A DNA stretch of 62,945 bases, the filler included, from Octopus bimaculoides (Eukaryota): the NCBI RefSeq assembly GCF_001194135.2. It is 4 parts of 4 records of this genome, joined end to end, with 100 filler letters (N's around TTAATTAATTAA, not from the genome) between each part and the next. Parts side by side here need not be neighbours in the genome. Positions count along the whole stretch, not along the records: positions 32,045 to 52,275 come from NC_068983.1; 3 more parts are not named here. The stretch is one strand, 5' to 3'. A program made the translations under genes and the position numbers. The number at the start of each line of letters is the position of its first letter. Positions within the stretch are counted from its first letter, which is position 1. Below the pieces are notes generated by a model, which was not told the DNA's origin, did no database searches, and saw nothing but the letters and a program-made list of their open reading frames with translations. Shown in pieces: positions 36,084 to 49,220 of the stretch.

Positions 36084-38179
36084 GAGGTTATGAGAAGTGA
36101 TGGTGTCAATAAGAACCAAAGGTGTCAGGTAATGCTGAGTAAGTGCTATGGATAGACCATAGTTAAGCTCCAGGTTCGGTGATTATGCGAATGAATGAGT
36201 CCAATGTAGGTCATATATCAGCATGTGTATATATATAAAAAAATTTTTTTCAGAATGAGATAAAAAACCAAGGCTGTGAAGATTTTAGAGCATTTATAAA
36301 TAGAAGGTCTTACAGCTGTTTCCAGGATATTTTCTATATCCCTTCATCGGAGATGGTGTGAGAAGATGGTTAAGCAATAGTTAATTTAGATAAGATATGA
36401 AAGAGAGTGAAGTGGAGGAATGAAAATAGATGTGAGATATGCAGGGATATTGCATTTGTAGATCTATTATCGAAGCAGAATGGTATACCCATAAGTTTCA
36501 AATACCTTGCGAGTAAATTCCAATAGTATTTAAAATTGGTCATTCCAAGTATAGAGTTTGTACACAGTGCTATTGAATCGAGGGTTTATTTAAAGTCAGA
36601 AATCAAAAATTATGACCAATAAGTGAAATGAAATGGCTTAACTGAAAATCAAACTAATATCACAGACTTGGCTTGTCATTAATCAACCACCACCCAGGAT
36701 ACACTCAGTCTGAAAAAAGGGACAGGGGATGGCCATGATAAATGCATGAGTTGGGAAATTTTTGATCATAGGTCTGCTCTATCAGGGCTGATCTTTGGAA
36801 ATCCTGTTTGGTGATTATTAAAGGTTTCATGTAAACATATCAGGATGGCTCTATGTAAGAATATCAAGAGCTAGTCAAATTAGTAAAGCATGTCCCTCAC
36901 CAAGCTCTAAAGTCAGAAATCAAAAATTATGACTAATAAGTGAAATGAAATGGCTTAACTGAAAATCAAACTCATATCACAGACTTGGCTTGTCATTAAT
37001 TAACGCACCCCCCCCCCATGATATTCACCTAACCAGACTGATAAATTGCTTGAAGTTGAAGAATCACTTAAATTTGATGATGGTTTAGATTCAAAAACTG
37101 CTTCAAACTTTAGTAATTGTAGATTCTTTACAAATGAGATATTTCAATGATGCCCGTTCATACTTTCACTCTTTTTAAAACCCTTTTGTTACCATATTTC
37201 TGTCAAAATACACTCAATTAATTTTGAAAATCCCAAAGTATTTGATAACATAACTTATCATTATTAAGCTGGTGTTTGAAGCACAAATTAACATGAAATT
37301 TCATTGAAAGTTATAGTTTAGATCACTTTAAAACAGAAAGCTTCTATCATGGAATGGTCTCAGGTAGGCTGGTTTGATACCTTCCTCTCCAGCCTTCCTT
37401 TCTCTTTTTAAAAAGTAGCACTTTTTTTTATCTATTTACCTGGGGATAGAAAGAAAAAATAGTGTAGTTATTAACCTAATAATTAATTTCTTCTGAACTG
37501 GCACTTTGAAAGATAACAGAGTAAGAAAAGATGAAAGTTGCTTCCTGCTGTTAGCCTTTAGCCCTCTAATAAAAATACAGGGAAACTGTATGGAGTCAAT
37601 TAAGGGATGAGATACCACAAAGCTTTATGCTCTGTAAAAGTTTGAGACAGTTTTAGAATTCAATTTGCATTTGACTGCTTCCCTCAAATTCCTTCTTGAT
37701 CTAATCCTGGGATTATTATAATCAGTTTGCAATTAATACTAGTATGAAAGTTTTAATATTCATTTACACTGATTGTATACTTATAAGATTTAATGGATTA
37801 TTTCCCTTCTTTATGAACTAAATGCATTTATACCAATGCTATTATCAATTACAAGTGCTTATGTAGAAATGATGGTTGATAAATCTTTTCATGAATACAT
37901 TTGTGGTGGGTGGGGGAATTTTGTCTGGCATCTTTACTTTCCAGACAGAAAAATCTTTTTTTTTTTTTTTTTACATTGCAATAAATCAGAATTGCTACAC
38001 CCAAAAATACTGTTTGGAATTGGCTGCTCGACCAAACCATTTTTAGCTATGCTAGTGCAACAGAGGAACAAGCCATTGAAATCAACAACAGTGGGATATG
38101 AAAACAAGGAAGACAGCTAGACAAAGAAGTATAGTCACTGAGATGCTGAAGATATCTAGCAAGGAAAGTCACATGCTTG

Positions 38180-39590
38180 TCATTCACAGTCAATCAGGTA
38201 GTAAAAGGTGTCAGATCCAATGACTGGCAGAGCTAAGGGTATGCACTAAAGAGAGAGGACTTGAGTCATCAAACTGATGGACCAGGTTATGAAAGTTATG
38301 GAAAGAGTTATAGCACAAGTGATAAGCTGGGGTGATATGCAGTTTGGCTTTGTGCTGGGAGGTAATACTCTTGATGTGTTCTTCCTAGTGAGGAGACTAT
38401 CAGAGAAGTACTTGGTCAAGAGTAATTCCCTATATCTAACATTCATTGATCTGGAGAAGGCTTTGACGGGGTTACACAGTATGTAGTTTGATAGTTGCTA
38501 AAGAAACAAGAATGCAGAAAAAAAGGATTGTAAGAGCTGCACAAATGATGAACAAAGGTGCAGTCAATAAAGTGAGAATCAGCAATTGGGTTAACAGGGA
38601 ATATAGTGTGCAAGCTGAGGTCCATCAGATGTCAGTTCTTAGTCTCATTCCTGTTTATTAACATCCATCAATCCATAATTGAAGGATCTAAGACAGACTA
38701 TTAGAGGGAAATATCATACACTGATGATCTACTTCTTATAATTGAACCTTAGAAAAGAATTTCCAGGCCAGGAAACCTAGAATTGAGAGGCTCCAAAGCA
38801 AAATTTTAGTAAGCAGGAAAGGATATAGGATTTCATTAGCATCAGGGGAATGGCTGTGCTTGGTATGTAGAAAAGGAGTTGGTAGGAATTCAATACAGTG
38901 TATACAATGTAAACTATAGACACACAAATAGTGTTGTAGGATCAGAGGTAGGCTAACAAAGAAGGTTTTGTATTCAGCAGTTTCATAGGAGTAGCCAGTA
39001 ATAATAGTAGTAGAACATAATAGATTCTTCTAAATAGGCTCCCTAAAAATAGTTGATAGCTACCTAAGTAATCAAATTATTAGCAGAAGCAGGTTTTCTG
39101 AAAGAACAATGAATCTCAGGAATCTGTTATCTCAACTGGTACTTTAGGGTTTGTCTCTTAGAGAAAGGGGCAGATTATATGAAAGTAGTTTATGAAGTGC
39201 GATGTTGCAGATTAGTAAGACATGAGCCTTGAGCAGTGAGGATTTATGATGACTAGAAATAAATAAAGTGAGCATGTTTCTGTCAGATGTGTAATGTTAT
39301 GGTGTATGAATGAGCTTGGGAGAAAATCTGGACATAAGAGGAAACGGTTGTAGTATCCAAGACAGAAAACTGAGCTTGTATGGGAATGAGTTGAGCATGA
39401 AAGGTGTCAGTTGTATAAGGAAGTGTTGCATACTCAAAATGAATGGAACCTGTGACAGAGGGTGACTTAAGAATTCGTAAGCTGAAGTAGTAAATACTGA
39501 TCACAGAATGCTGAGCCACACAAAGGAGATGAAAAAGGACTATGACAAGTGGTGATGTGGTACCACAGAAGACCTGTCCACACATGCATC
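38180..39590 (+). mobile_element. Old decayed RTE LINE ORF2 fragment
   Basis: DQVMKVMERVIA..MQFGFV..T.D.FF.VR.L.EKYL..FIDLEKA; broken downstream RT and C-terminal motifs with many stops. Confidence 0.8.
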
Positions 39591-41689
39591 TGAGGCAAAA
39601 TGAATGTTAAAATGGGATAGTATTGAAGAATGGGATGTGTAATGTATATTAGTTGTGTCGCTTATCCATTAAGTTTCTGTTAAATCTCCATCTATTGCCC
39701 CTCCCTTCATTATCATCTTATCTACTACCCACTCTCTTTCCTATTCACTACACCATGTCACCTCTTCCATGTCATCAAGAGACAGCTTTTCAAGTTTATC
39801 TCTATTAAACTTTCCATCTATCACCCTTCTGTACTGCTAACCATCACTTCCTCTCCCCATCTCCAGTCACTCATTATTGATATTCATCAGTCTCTCCCTT
39901 ACTTTCACCCACCTCCAGCATTATCCATTTATAGCTCACTCTCCTTACTATCATAATACTACTATTGTTGTTCATCACACACATACACAGTATTCTCTCT
40001 CTACTCCCTGCTGTATCCCTTAACAACACCAAGCTGACATTTTGCTGCCACAAGCAGGGCTTTCTTCTCATTATCTTTAAACCACCAGCAGACAATAATA
40101 GCATCTCAAAAGCTTTTGCTCCACATATATCCATAACTCACTGCTTTTCTTTACATAAAATATGAACTGTGTCCCTACTACCAGCAATGAGGCTAACTGC
40201 AAGTCATTAGTTGTTAACAATAACTTCCAGAAACTTGCATAATACTTCCATAATCTCCCATGAACTTTATTCTTAATACTGGAATATATCTCACCAGGAC
40301 AGTGGGAACTACTGGTCATCAGTTACTTCCAGCATAGCAAAAATTGTCAGTAATTGATTCAATTACTAACTACTAGCAGCCTTACACAATAGCATTCAGC
40401 AGTGGGTAGGAACCCCTATCTGCTACAACCATCAGTTGACAGCTACCAGTCCCACCACAAGATCTGAACAACCGGATTAGGATGGACCTTACTCATCATC
40501 CAATGACAATCAGCTTACATAGAAGCTATGAAAGTCTGGTCACTCAGAACTAAGCATATAAACAATCAATGGTGTTTTTTTCTTACATCTCTGAACCTTC
40601 AAGTAAAACAATTCTCTGTCAGCCTTTTGATACAAATATATATAAATACTACAAACATGTTGAACACCCTCTTTTTTCATTTGTACATCTGTGTGTCACT
40701 CTTTTATCAGTATTTACTATAAATATATAATGCCTCTCTCTCCTCATGATGACCAAATAATTAAGAAATACATAAGCTTTGTTAGTATGTGATGCACCAC
40801 CCCATCTCTCTCTCTCTCTCTTATATTTAGCCCCCATTAATTTCACTTTCCCATCACAATACATGTTCCAGCTTTTACTTCCTCTCCCTCAGATACCCAT
40901 CACCATCTCCCCTACTCCACACTTGTACCTTCTCTTACCAGCTAAAATAGCTCTACTATATTGCTACCCTCCTCTTTAGGTCACTTGTTGCTATACCTTA
41001 CATTTTTACCACTGACCATTTAACAACTATCTATCACTTACTCTTTCTCATTACCCTCTACCATCACTGTCTCTTTACACCATGCCATTACTCCTTCCAG
41101 CACTATCTGTCCCTTCCCTACGTTCTTTTCCATACTGTCAGCCTAATCACACGGTCTCTCTCTTTACACTCTTGCTCTTTTCCTCCTTTTATTCTAATTT
41201 ATATTCTGCAATTGCCCTCTCTTCTACTCACTATTAGCCACGGAATCCCATCCCGGAATGGAATCCCGTCTAAACAAAGACAATATAGAGCAGTAAGAGA
41301 ACCCATTATGTTTCACAGGACACAAAGCAACATACTAGTGCTGGTGTCACAATAAAAATGTACCCAGTGCACTCTAAAAAGGTTTACAAACAAGTGCAGA
41401 CAGTATAGGGTAGTGAAGCCCCAAGTATTGTCTTGTAGATGATATGAGAAACCTCTCTAGTACTGGTGCCACAATGAAATACACCCAGTACATTGTGCAA
41501 AAGGATTTTGTGTAAGAAAGAGTTTCTAAAAAACATGCCAAATTTGAAATGTTTGAGTGAGACATGGTTTCACAATCCAGCTTGGAGGACAATGTCTCTG
41601 AATAAGAACTGACTCAAACTGTTATGACCTATCCAACCAATACCTGCAGATGGGGTCAATCCAACTGTTCTTTGGTTGCATTAGCATTC

Positions 41690-42250
41690 ATAGAGCTTGA
41701 TTGGTTCTACAAATGGACCTCTGCTATGATTGGCAAGAAATCTGGATTTGATACCCTGGTCAAGGAGAAAGAAAGCTCCATATTTGTTGAGCATATGCTG
41801 CATTCTATGTCACCCAGCTTAGACCTCCAAAACAATATCAAAGAAAAGTAAAAAAAAAAAACAGTGATGCTAAAGTTGTGCAGTCAACTTAATTAATAGA
41901 TGTGCACTGAATACTACAGTGGGATTGGAGTTGAACTTTGTGATTCAAGGTACCACACAGCTGTGGCTATGTGAAGAGGAACATCAGGATATAGTTGTTG
42001 AATTTCTTATGCATTAACAATTTTTTCTTGAAAAGAATTTTGAAGATGAATATTTTCTTGTTAGCCTGGGATATTTGGCTGATATTTCCAGTTTTCTCAA
42101 TGATTTGATTATATTGGTATAAGATATGAGCATTGTTAGAACCAAAGGAAAGCTCGTGTTATTTAGAAGAAGTTATCAATTTGGAGTTGCTGTGTTGAAA
42201 GCAGTAACCTAGAGAAAAGTTTTGATGGAATGGTAAAACATTACCTGTTG
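41690..42250 (+). mobile_element. hAT (Charlie/Buster-like) transposase relic
   Basis: SAMIGKKSGFDTLVKEKESSIFVEHMLH resembles DGAPAMxGxxxG..HCxxH; downstream remnants of YHTxVRWLSRG and LGYLADI..LN.L. Confidence 0.7.
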
Positions 42251-42752
42251 AAATAAGTTAAGTAAGAAAAAAAGGGAGTGGGGAGTTCTAAGTGCTAATT
42301 TAATGAGTTACTTCTTAGATATTAATGATCTTAGCATGGAATATAGTTTCATCTAAACCTATAATGGGCAACAACAATCAAGCAAACAATGGTTTCACTG
42401 ACTTCTACTAAAACCCAAGAAAGAAAGCTGATTTCAAAAAGGCTAGGCTGGATGTCAAGTAGTTCTGATGTAAGCCAATCACAGATTACGTTTACTTAGA
42501 AATGATGGCATTGCAAGATTTGGTTGCTTTCACAATTATATATCCCTAACACATTGGGCATCTTCTAAAGTGGTTACAGGTTAAACCAAGCCTTCTAAGT
42601 ACTGAGATTCTAAGCACTAACAACACTGAGATTCCCTGAGAAATGTTTGTGCTGTAGATTATAGAAGAATTCTCACTTGAATTTAATGAGTAAGCATTCT
42701 TTTTGATTGAACAATTGCAATATGCTTTAAAAAATTTATATATATATATATA

Positions 42753-44070
42753 TCATCATCATTGTTTAACATCCGCTTTCCATGCTAGCATGGGTTGGAC
42801 GATTTGACTGAGGACTGCTGAACCAGGTGGCTACACCAGGCTCCAATCTGATTTGGCAGAATTTCTACAACTGGATGCCCTTCCCAATGCCAACCACTCA
42901 GAGAGTGTAGTGGGTACTTTTACGTGTCACTGACACGAAGGCCAGTCAGGCGGTACTGGCAACAGCCATGCTCAAAATGGTGTATTTTATGTGCCACCTG
43001 CACAGGAGCCAGTCCAGCGGCACTGGCAACGACTCGCTCGAATGTTTTTTCACTTGCCACTGGCACAAGTGCCAGTAAGGCGATGCTGGTAATGATCATG
43101 CTCAAATGGTGCTATTTATGTACCACTGGCACGGAAGTCAGACAGCTGCTCTGGCAATGATCACACTTGGACGATGCTCTTAGCACTCCATTGGTACAGG
43201 TGCCATCACAATTTTGATTTCACAACAGGTCTTCGCAAGCCAAGTTTAGTGTCTAATGAAGGAGAGGTTGGCATGGGTGCCAGTCGTTGAATTTGGTTCA
43301 ATTTCGATTTCACTTGCCTCAACAGGTCTTCGCAAGCGGAGTTTAGTGTCCAAGGAAGGAAAGGTACGCATAAGTGGGCTGGCTACACCCCTGGCAGAGG
43401 CCTCAGATTATGGTCTCACTTGGCTTGCCAGATCTTCTCACACACAGCATATTTCCAAAGGTCTCAGTCACGAGTCATTGCCTCATTGAGGCCTAATGTT
43501 TGAAGGTCGTACTTCACCACCTCATCCCAGGTTTTCCTGGATCTACCTCTTCCACAGGTTCCCTCAACCGCTAGGGTATGGCACTTTTTCACACAGCTAT
43601 CCTCATCCATTCTCGCCACATGACCATACCAGCGCAATCGTCTCTCTTGCACACCACAACTGATGCTTTTTAGGTTCAACTTTTCTCTCAAGGTACTTAC
43701 ACTCTGTTGAGTATGCACACTGACATTACACATCCATTGGCGCATACTGGCTTCATTCCTTGTGAGCTTATGCATGTCCTCAGCAGTCATGGCCCATGTT
43801 TCACTGCCATGTAGTATGGCTGTTCGTACACATGCGTCATACAGTCTGCCTTTTACTCTGAGCGAGAGGCCCTTTGTCACCAGCAGAGGTAAGAGCTCTC
43901 TGAACTTTGCCCAGGCTATTCTTATTCTAGCAGTACACTTTCAGCACACCCTCTCCCACTACTAACTTGGTCACCTAGATAACGGAAGCTATCAACTATG
44001 TCTAGTTTTTCTCCCTGGAATGTGGCAGAAGTTGTTTTCTGCACATTTTCAGTGTTTATTACTCCTGAAC
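42753..44070 (-). mobile_element. RTE-clade LINE 3' portion: ORF2 C-terminus, 3' UTR and (GAT)n tail
   Basis: ORF 43464-43880: KGRLYDACVRTAILHGSETW..LRWYGHVARM..GRSRKTW; DSFRYLGD upstream; ends ggatgttaaacaatgatgatga. Confidence 0.92.
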
Positions 44071-44666
44071 ATCTGCCACATACAAAAAACCATAAAAAGC
44101 CATGCATCATGGATTTGTAAACATACAATTATATAATGCATAACATGCATGTTACTGCAGATATGTAAACATTATATACACTGAAATTATCATTACATGA
44201 TGAAGGCTGCAAAATGGGTGTAATCTTAAGGATGACAAGTAGTTAAATATATTTACCTCTCATACCTCCTGACATTTTATGGTTTATACACTCCTCATGA
44301 AATAATTTCATCAATTGGATCTCCATGATTTCAGCTGCAGAGAACTCTGCATTATACTCTTCTAGATTGGATTACAATATGGCATGCTAGCTGAGTCTGC
44401 TAGAAGAGCTTTGTGTGATAATCTCACACAATTCTATGAATCCATATATTGCACTACAAATTTGTTTGTGTGTGTGTACACATGCACACGCACACACACA
44501 TTATCATCATCATCAATTTAATGTCCACTTTCCCCTGCTTGCATGGATCAGATAGCATTTATTGAGGCAGGTTTTATAGCCAGATGCCCTTCCTACCACT
44601 AACTCTCACCTGCATACATACATAAGTATGCATTTCATTTCATGCACACACATAATACTACTGATA

Positions 44667-44700
<34 letters not shown>

Positions 44701-44701
<1 letters not shown>

Positions 44702-44821
44702 TTTATTTAAAAGCAGCAGAAATATAACAAAAGACTGTTACTCGGAGTTTCACGTTCCCGTTCAACAAAACTGTCCGATGAACGGGAACGTGAAACTCCG
44801 AGTAAGTCTTTTGTTATATTT
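44701..44821. mobile_element. Fold-back Penelope-like terminal fragment in a (TA)n tract
   Basis: Arms 44720-44764 and 44779-44821 are near-perfect reverse complements around a 14-nt loop; minus strand ends in AATAAA then (TA)n; cut off by an N gap. Confidence 0.6.
44764..44815 (+). ncRNA. Putative minimal type-I hammerhead ribozyme (Penelope pseudo-LTR type)
   Basis: aacaaaactgt-CCGATGA-acg ggaa cgt-GAAA-ctc c gagT-A-agtcttttgtt: core, 3-bp helix II, palindromic helix III, GUA cleavage triplet. Core has U4C; helix I 3' strand carries a 2-nt deletion. Confidence 0.55.
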
Positions 44822-45044
44822 NNNNNNNNNNNNNNNNNNNNNNNNNNNNNNNNNNNNNNNNNNNNNNNNNNNNNNNNNNNNNNNNNNNNNNNNNNNNNNN
44901 NNNNNNNNNNNNNNNNNNNNNNNNNNNNNNNNNNNNNNNNNNNNNNNNNNNNNNNNNNNNNNNNNNNNNNNNNNNNNNNNNNNNNNNNNNNNNNNNNNNA
45001 TATATAGATACATAGATAGATAGATAGGTAGGTAGGTAGATAGG

Positions 45045-45130
<86 letters not shown>

Positions 45131-45289
45131 TGTATATACATGTATGTGCATGCATATGAGTATAAAAGCAAATACGTGTAAGGTAATATTTCCCTATAGC
45201 AAGACATGTTCTTTCAGAATATGAAAATGAATGACACTGCTTGTATAACAGTGACAATCATTTATAATTATTATGCAATAACTAACAGA

Positions 45290-45890
45290 GAAAGTATATG
45301 TGACAGATGCCGTGGAGCAGTGCGTACTCTGAGCATACCAAAAACAGATTCTTTTAAATGACTGGAGGATAGCTCACAAAAGGTATTTGATAGTTTTTGT
45401 TACCTAGGAGACATAATTAGTAGGGTAGGTGGTTGCTTTGAAAGTACAGTAGCCAGGGTAACTATAGACAACAGTTCAGGGTTACTCTACCCTACAAGAA
45501 ACAAGGGTCTCTTCTCTCAGAATGAAGGGCAGATTATTTGACACTTGTATTATAACTGTAATGCTGCATGGAAGTGAAACATAGCCCTTGAATGCGAAGG
45601 ACTTGAGAAGACTGGAAATAAATGGAGTATGCTCCATTGGATGTGCAGTGTAAGTGTACCAAAATGACATAGTACAAATGTGCTGAGAGGATAATCGAGC
45701 ATAAGAGGAATCAGATGTAGTGTGCAAGAAAGAAGACTGTGCTGGTATGGACATGTGAAAGAGAGAGACCCAGGAAGATGAGATGAAGCAGTGAGAGCTA
45801 GATTTCAGGACCTTGAACCTCATGGAGGAGATGACTAGTGTACGGTATAACTGGCAACATGTCGTTCTCAAGAAGACCTACACAACTTAG
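45290..45890 (+). mobile_element. Decayed RTE LINE 3' fragment
   Basis: FDSFCYLGD..MLHGSET*..LCWYGHV motifs; same family as 43.5-44.0 kb, opposite strand. Confidence 0.75.
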
Positions 45891-47077
45891 CAAAACTAAG
45901 TCTTGTTAGTGTGTGTGTGTGTGTGTGCACACAACTGGATCTTTATAACCAATTTCCTCACCAAGACACCCTCATCACCCTCCATTTCTCTAACTGCAGC
46001 TTTTCCTTGATATCATTAATCTCTCTCACTACCCAGAACCATTTCACTTGATATACATCCCAAATCCTTAATACTGTCCTCTACAACTACATCTTACATC
46101 GATATTTCTTATTGGTCCCACATTGTGCAGGCCTCTCTCTCTACTTTTCTCATACACTCACACTGTACCCAACCACCCATCATCTTTCTCTCGTCCTTCC
46201 CTTGTCTACAGTACCATCATTACTATTCTGCTGCTCTTCAACGCACACATCCCCAGCATCATTGGTCATCTACCATTAACTACATTCACCTGTGAACCCT
46301 ATCAAATCTCTACAGTTGTCACCTCCTCTTCCCTACCTCACCAACTTATCCATCCAACACTTGTTCTTCATTGCATTTACCCCTTAATCCAGTCTCTATC
46401 TCTCACTCTCCTGCACACTCTTGCAACCTCAACCCAGTCACACTCACAGTTCTGCCTCTATTCACTTCTTCTCCCTCTGAGTATCCACACAGACACTTCA
46501 TTGACACTATTTTATATCTTTCCTACTCCACCCCAATGGTTCCCCATCATCCTCTTTTCTAAAATGTGAGTAGCTATGTAGCCTCTCAATAGCAAGAACA
46601 AAAACCTGTTCTGCTCTGGTTTCTTTTTTCATACTTTAATGCTTCATCTTCTAACATAAGGTCATTCTCCCCTACACTTAGGGTTCATAGTCTTGCAAGT
46701 TGCATGGCCACCATACTAGAGTTGGTGGCATGAAAACAGTATCCAATACATGCTGTAAAGTGGTTGGCATTAAAAAGGGCTCTAACCATAGAAACCATGC
46801 TAAAGCAGACACTGGTACACAATGCAGTCCATGGACCTGTTGGATCCAGTCAAATCATCAAATGTTTGACAGCATCTGATGATGTCATAAGGAAAGACAA
46901 CATACATTTACATACACATACAATATACTTCATTGAGTTCCCATCTCTAAATCTACTCACAGGTGCTACACATTAAGACTGAACACAAAACCATATGGTT
47001 AGGAAGCAAACTTCTAAACCACACAGCCAGGCCTACACCTGCATAGCTCAGTTGATAGAGCATCTTTCTCTTTCTCT

Positions 47078-47121
<44 letters not shown>

Positions 47122-47609
47122 TGTATATATACTGATGTGTGTTTCACGTAGATATACCCAATCAAGCTTTATCTGAAGTACTCAATGCACAAGTGTAGAT
47201 TATGCTGTTTATTTTCACAATGTAAAATAGGGACAGTGACTTCAAGGTTTTGCCAGCCACTGGCCTCATAAGACTGGTTATAATAGTGCATACATACATG
47301 TCTTAACAACAGATATAATTCCATTTTGGCCAAGGTGTCACACATCACTTTTAGTGTTGTTAAAATGTTAAAACTAACCATACTCTTTGAGCAAAGTTAG
47401 GTAAACGTCTGTATATATACACATACACACACCAAACGGTCAAAAAAATCTCGATTAAAAAGAGTATTTATTCTGTTGTACTTTTGTGTTATGTTAACAG
47501 TAAGTATTAAATGGAACGGTGAGTCAGGTTGGATAGTGCTTTTTATGTTGTAGAACATTAATAGTTATAAATGGAAATAATGAAGATCATTATACAAAAG
47601 TTTCATTTC

Positions 47610-47679
47610 TTAGTTACATGGTTTACATATCGATAAAGAGGTGGAATAATCGTTTATCCGGACTAATTCTGATGTGCAC
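47610..47679 (-). CDS. Candidate terminal exon of the same unidentified gene (CTSELVRINDYSTSLSICKPCN*)
   Basis: ttttcattttgcag| acceptor; phase fits the 48253 donor; TAA at 47610-47612; AATAAA at 47467-47472 on the minus strand. Confidence 0.33.
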
Positions 47680-48011
47680 CTGCAAAATGAAAAGGTGTAC
47701 GACAGCTAGGGGTCGGTGTAAGTGCATGTTTCCAGGTTTCCTTTGAAGTTGTTGACTGAAAAAAAATCGATCGATAATAAAAATAATAAAAAAATGCGGC
47801 AGTAGCAATAACAATAACGGTTTTTAATATAGGTACAATGCCATACATTTGCCGGTGGATGGAGGTGAGGTGGGGTATATTACTTGATTACATCAACCCA
47901 TTTCTTTACTGATACAATCGAGACTAGAAGATTGAGAAGCGAAGTCAACTACAGCGGGACTTGAATTTAGGATGTAAAGGGTTGCATAGACTTTTATCTC
48001 ACACTCTGTTT

Positions 48012-48053
<42 letters not shown>

Positions 48054-48252
48054 CTTTCAATTTCAGGCAAGAAACCGGCAACTTGGAGAGAGAGGGGCTG
48101 TCGATTACATCAACCAAGTGCTTGACTAATACTTTATTTTATCGAAAGGATAAAAGGCAAAGATGACCTCGGAGGGATTTGTTAGTAAAAAAATAAATAA
48201 ATATATATATGTATATAGATATAAATAAATAAATAAATGGTACCACACTTAC

Positions 48253-48429
48253 GTCTGCAGTGATCCTTGTTGCTGCGGTGTGTCGGAGTGGATGCTGCTA
48301 CTAGAACCGATGAGATTGGTGAAGGTGGAGGAGACCCGGTTTGCGTAGTGTTGTCCACTACTACGGGGACTTGATGATGAAACATTCTGATGTTTACTCC
48401 AGATCTCAGTCAAAGTGGCCAAACTATGT
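48253..48429 (-). CDS. Candidate exon of an unidentified gene (HSLATLTEIWSKHQ...PQQQGSLQT)
   Basis: Non-repetitive, GC-richer open frame; pyrimidine tract then gaacag| acceptor, strong AC|gtaagt donor; 177 nt. An in-frame ATG at 48440 is an alternative start. No homology recognised. Confidence 0.4.
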
Positions 48430-49040
48430 CTGTTCGACATATGGGGGTAACAAAAAGAAGAAAAAAAAAACTAATCTAAACAATAAGGAAAAAACATAAA
48501 AGTTATAGCAAAAATACACAGTACAAGCTTCTGTGGTAAGGATGCAAATTAATTTTGCATCAATATGTAACAGACAGGTGCATCAATATGAAACCTCGAA
48601 CTTGCCACAAATAAACAGACGTCGTTTTGTGGGTTATTTTTAGTTTTCAGTTAATGTATCTGCATTGCTTGATGTCAGTGATGAAAACACACACCTGTAT
48701 TTCACTTCGCGCATATATACACACACACACACACACATAACAATATTGATATCCGTCTATATATAGATATTTTTATACATGTATGTGCGTGCGTACGAGT
48801 TAAAAGCAAATATGTGTGTCTGTATATCCTATTAATAAACTAATTCGTTGTTATGCATTGAATTTTTGGTAATGGTACTTTTTGTTGTCATTTGTTATAT
48901 TCGTAATTGGTTATTATTACATAGGTAATTTTACCAAGTAGTCGATATATGATGATGAAGATGATGATAATCATAAGGTGAGATAATAGTATTTAGTAGT
49001 CGGTGGTGCATCATGATGACACAAAGTGAGAGTAGAGTGT

Positions 49041-49123
<83 letters not shown>

Positions 49124-49185
49124 TATTCAGAGAGTACTGAATTACCTCGTCTTTAAACAAGATCAAGAATACCACAGTGAGTTTG

Positions 49186-49220
<35 letters not shown>

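Noticed and set aside
38140-38170. CTGAAGA...GAAA here and CTGATGA...GAAA at about 46875-46900
   Set aside because: The intervening bases cannot form helix II, so these are chance matches.
49131-49180. Short exon-like segments on either strand (RVLNYLVFKQDQEYH or LTVVFLILFKDE)
   Set aside because: They lie between microsatellites, have no pyrimidine tract, and their phase does not fit the 48.3-kb exon.
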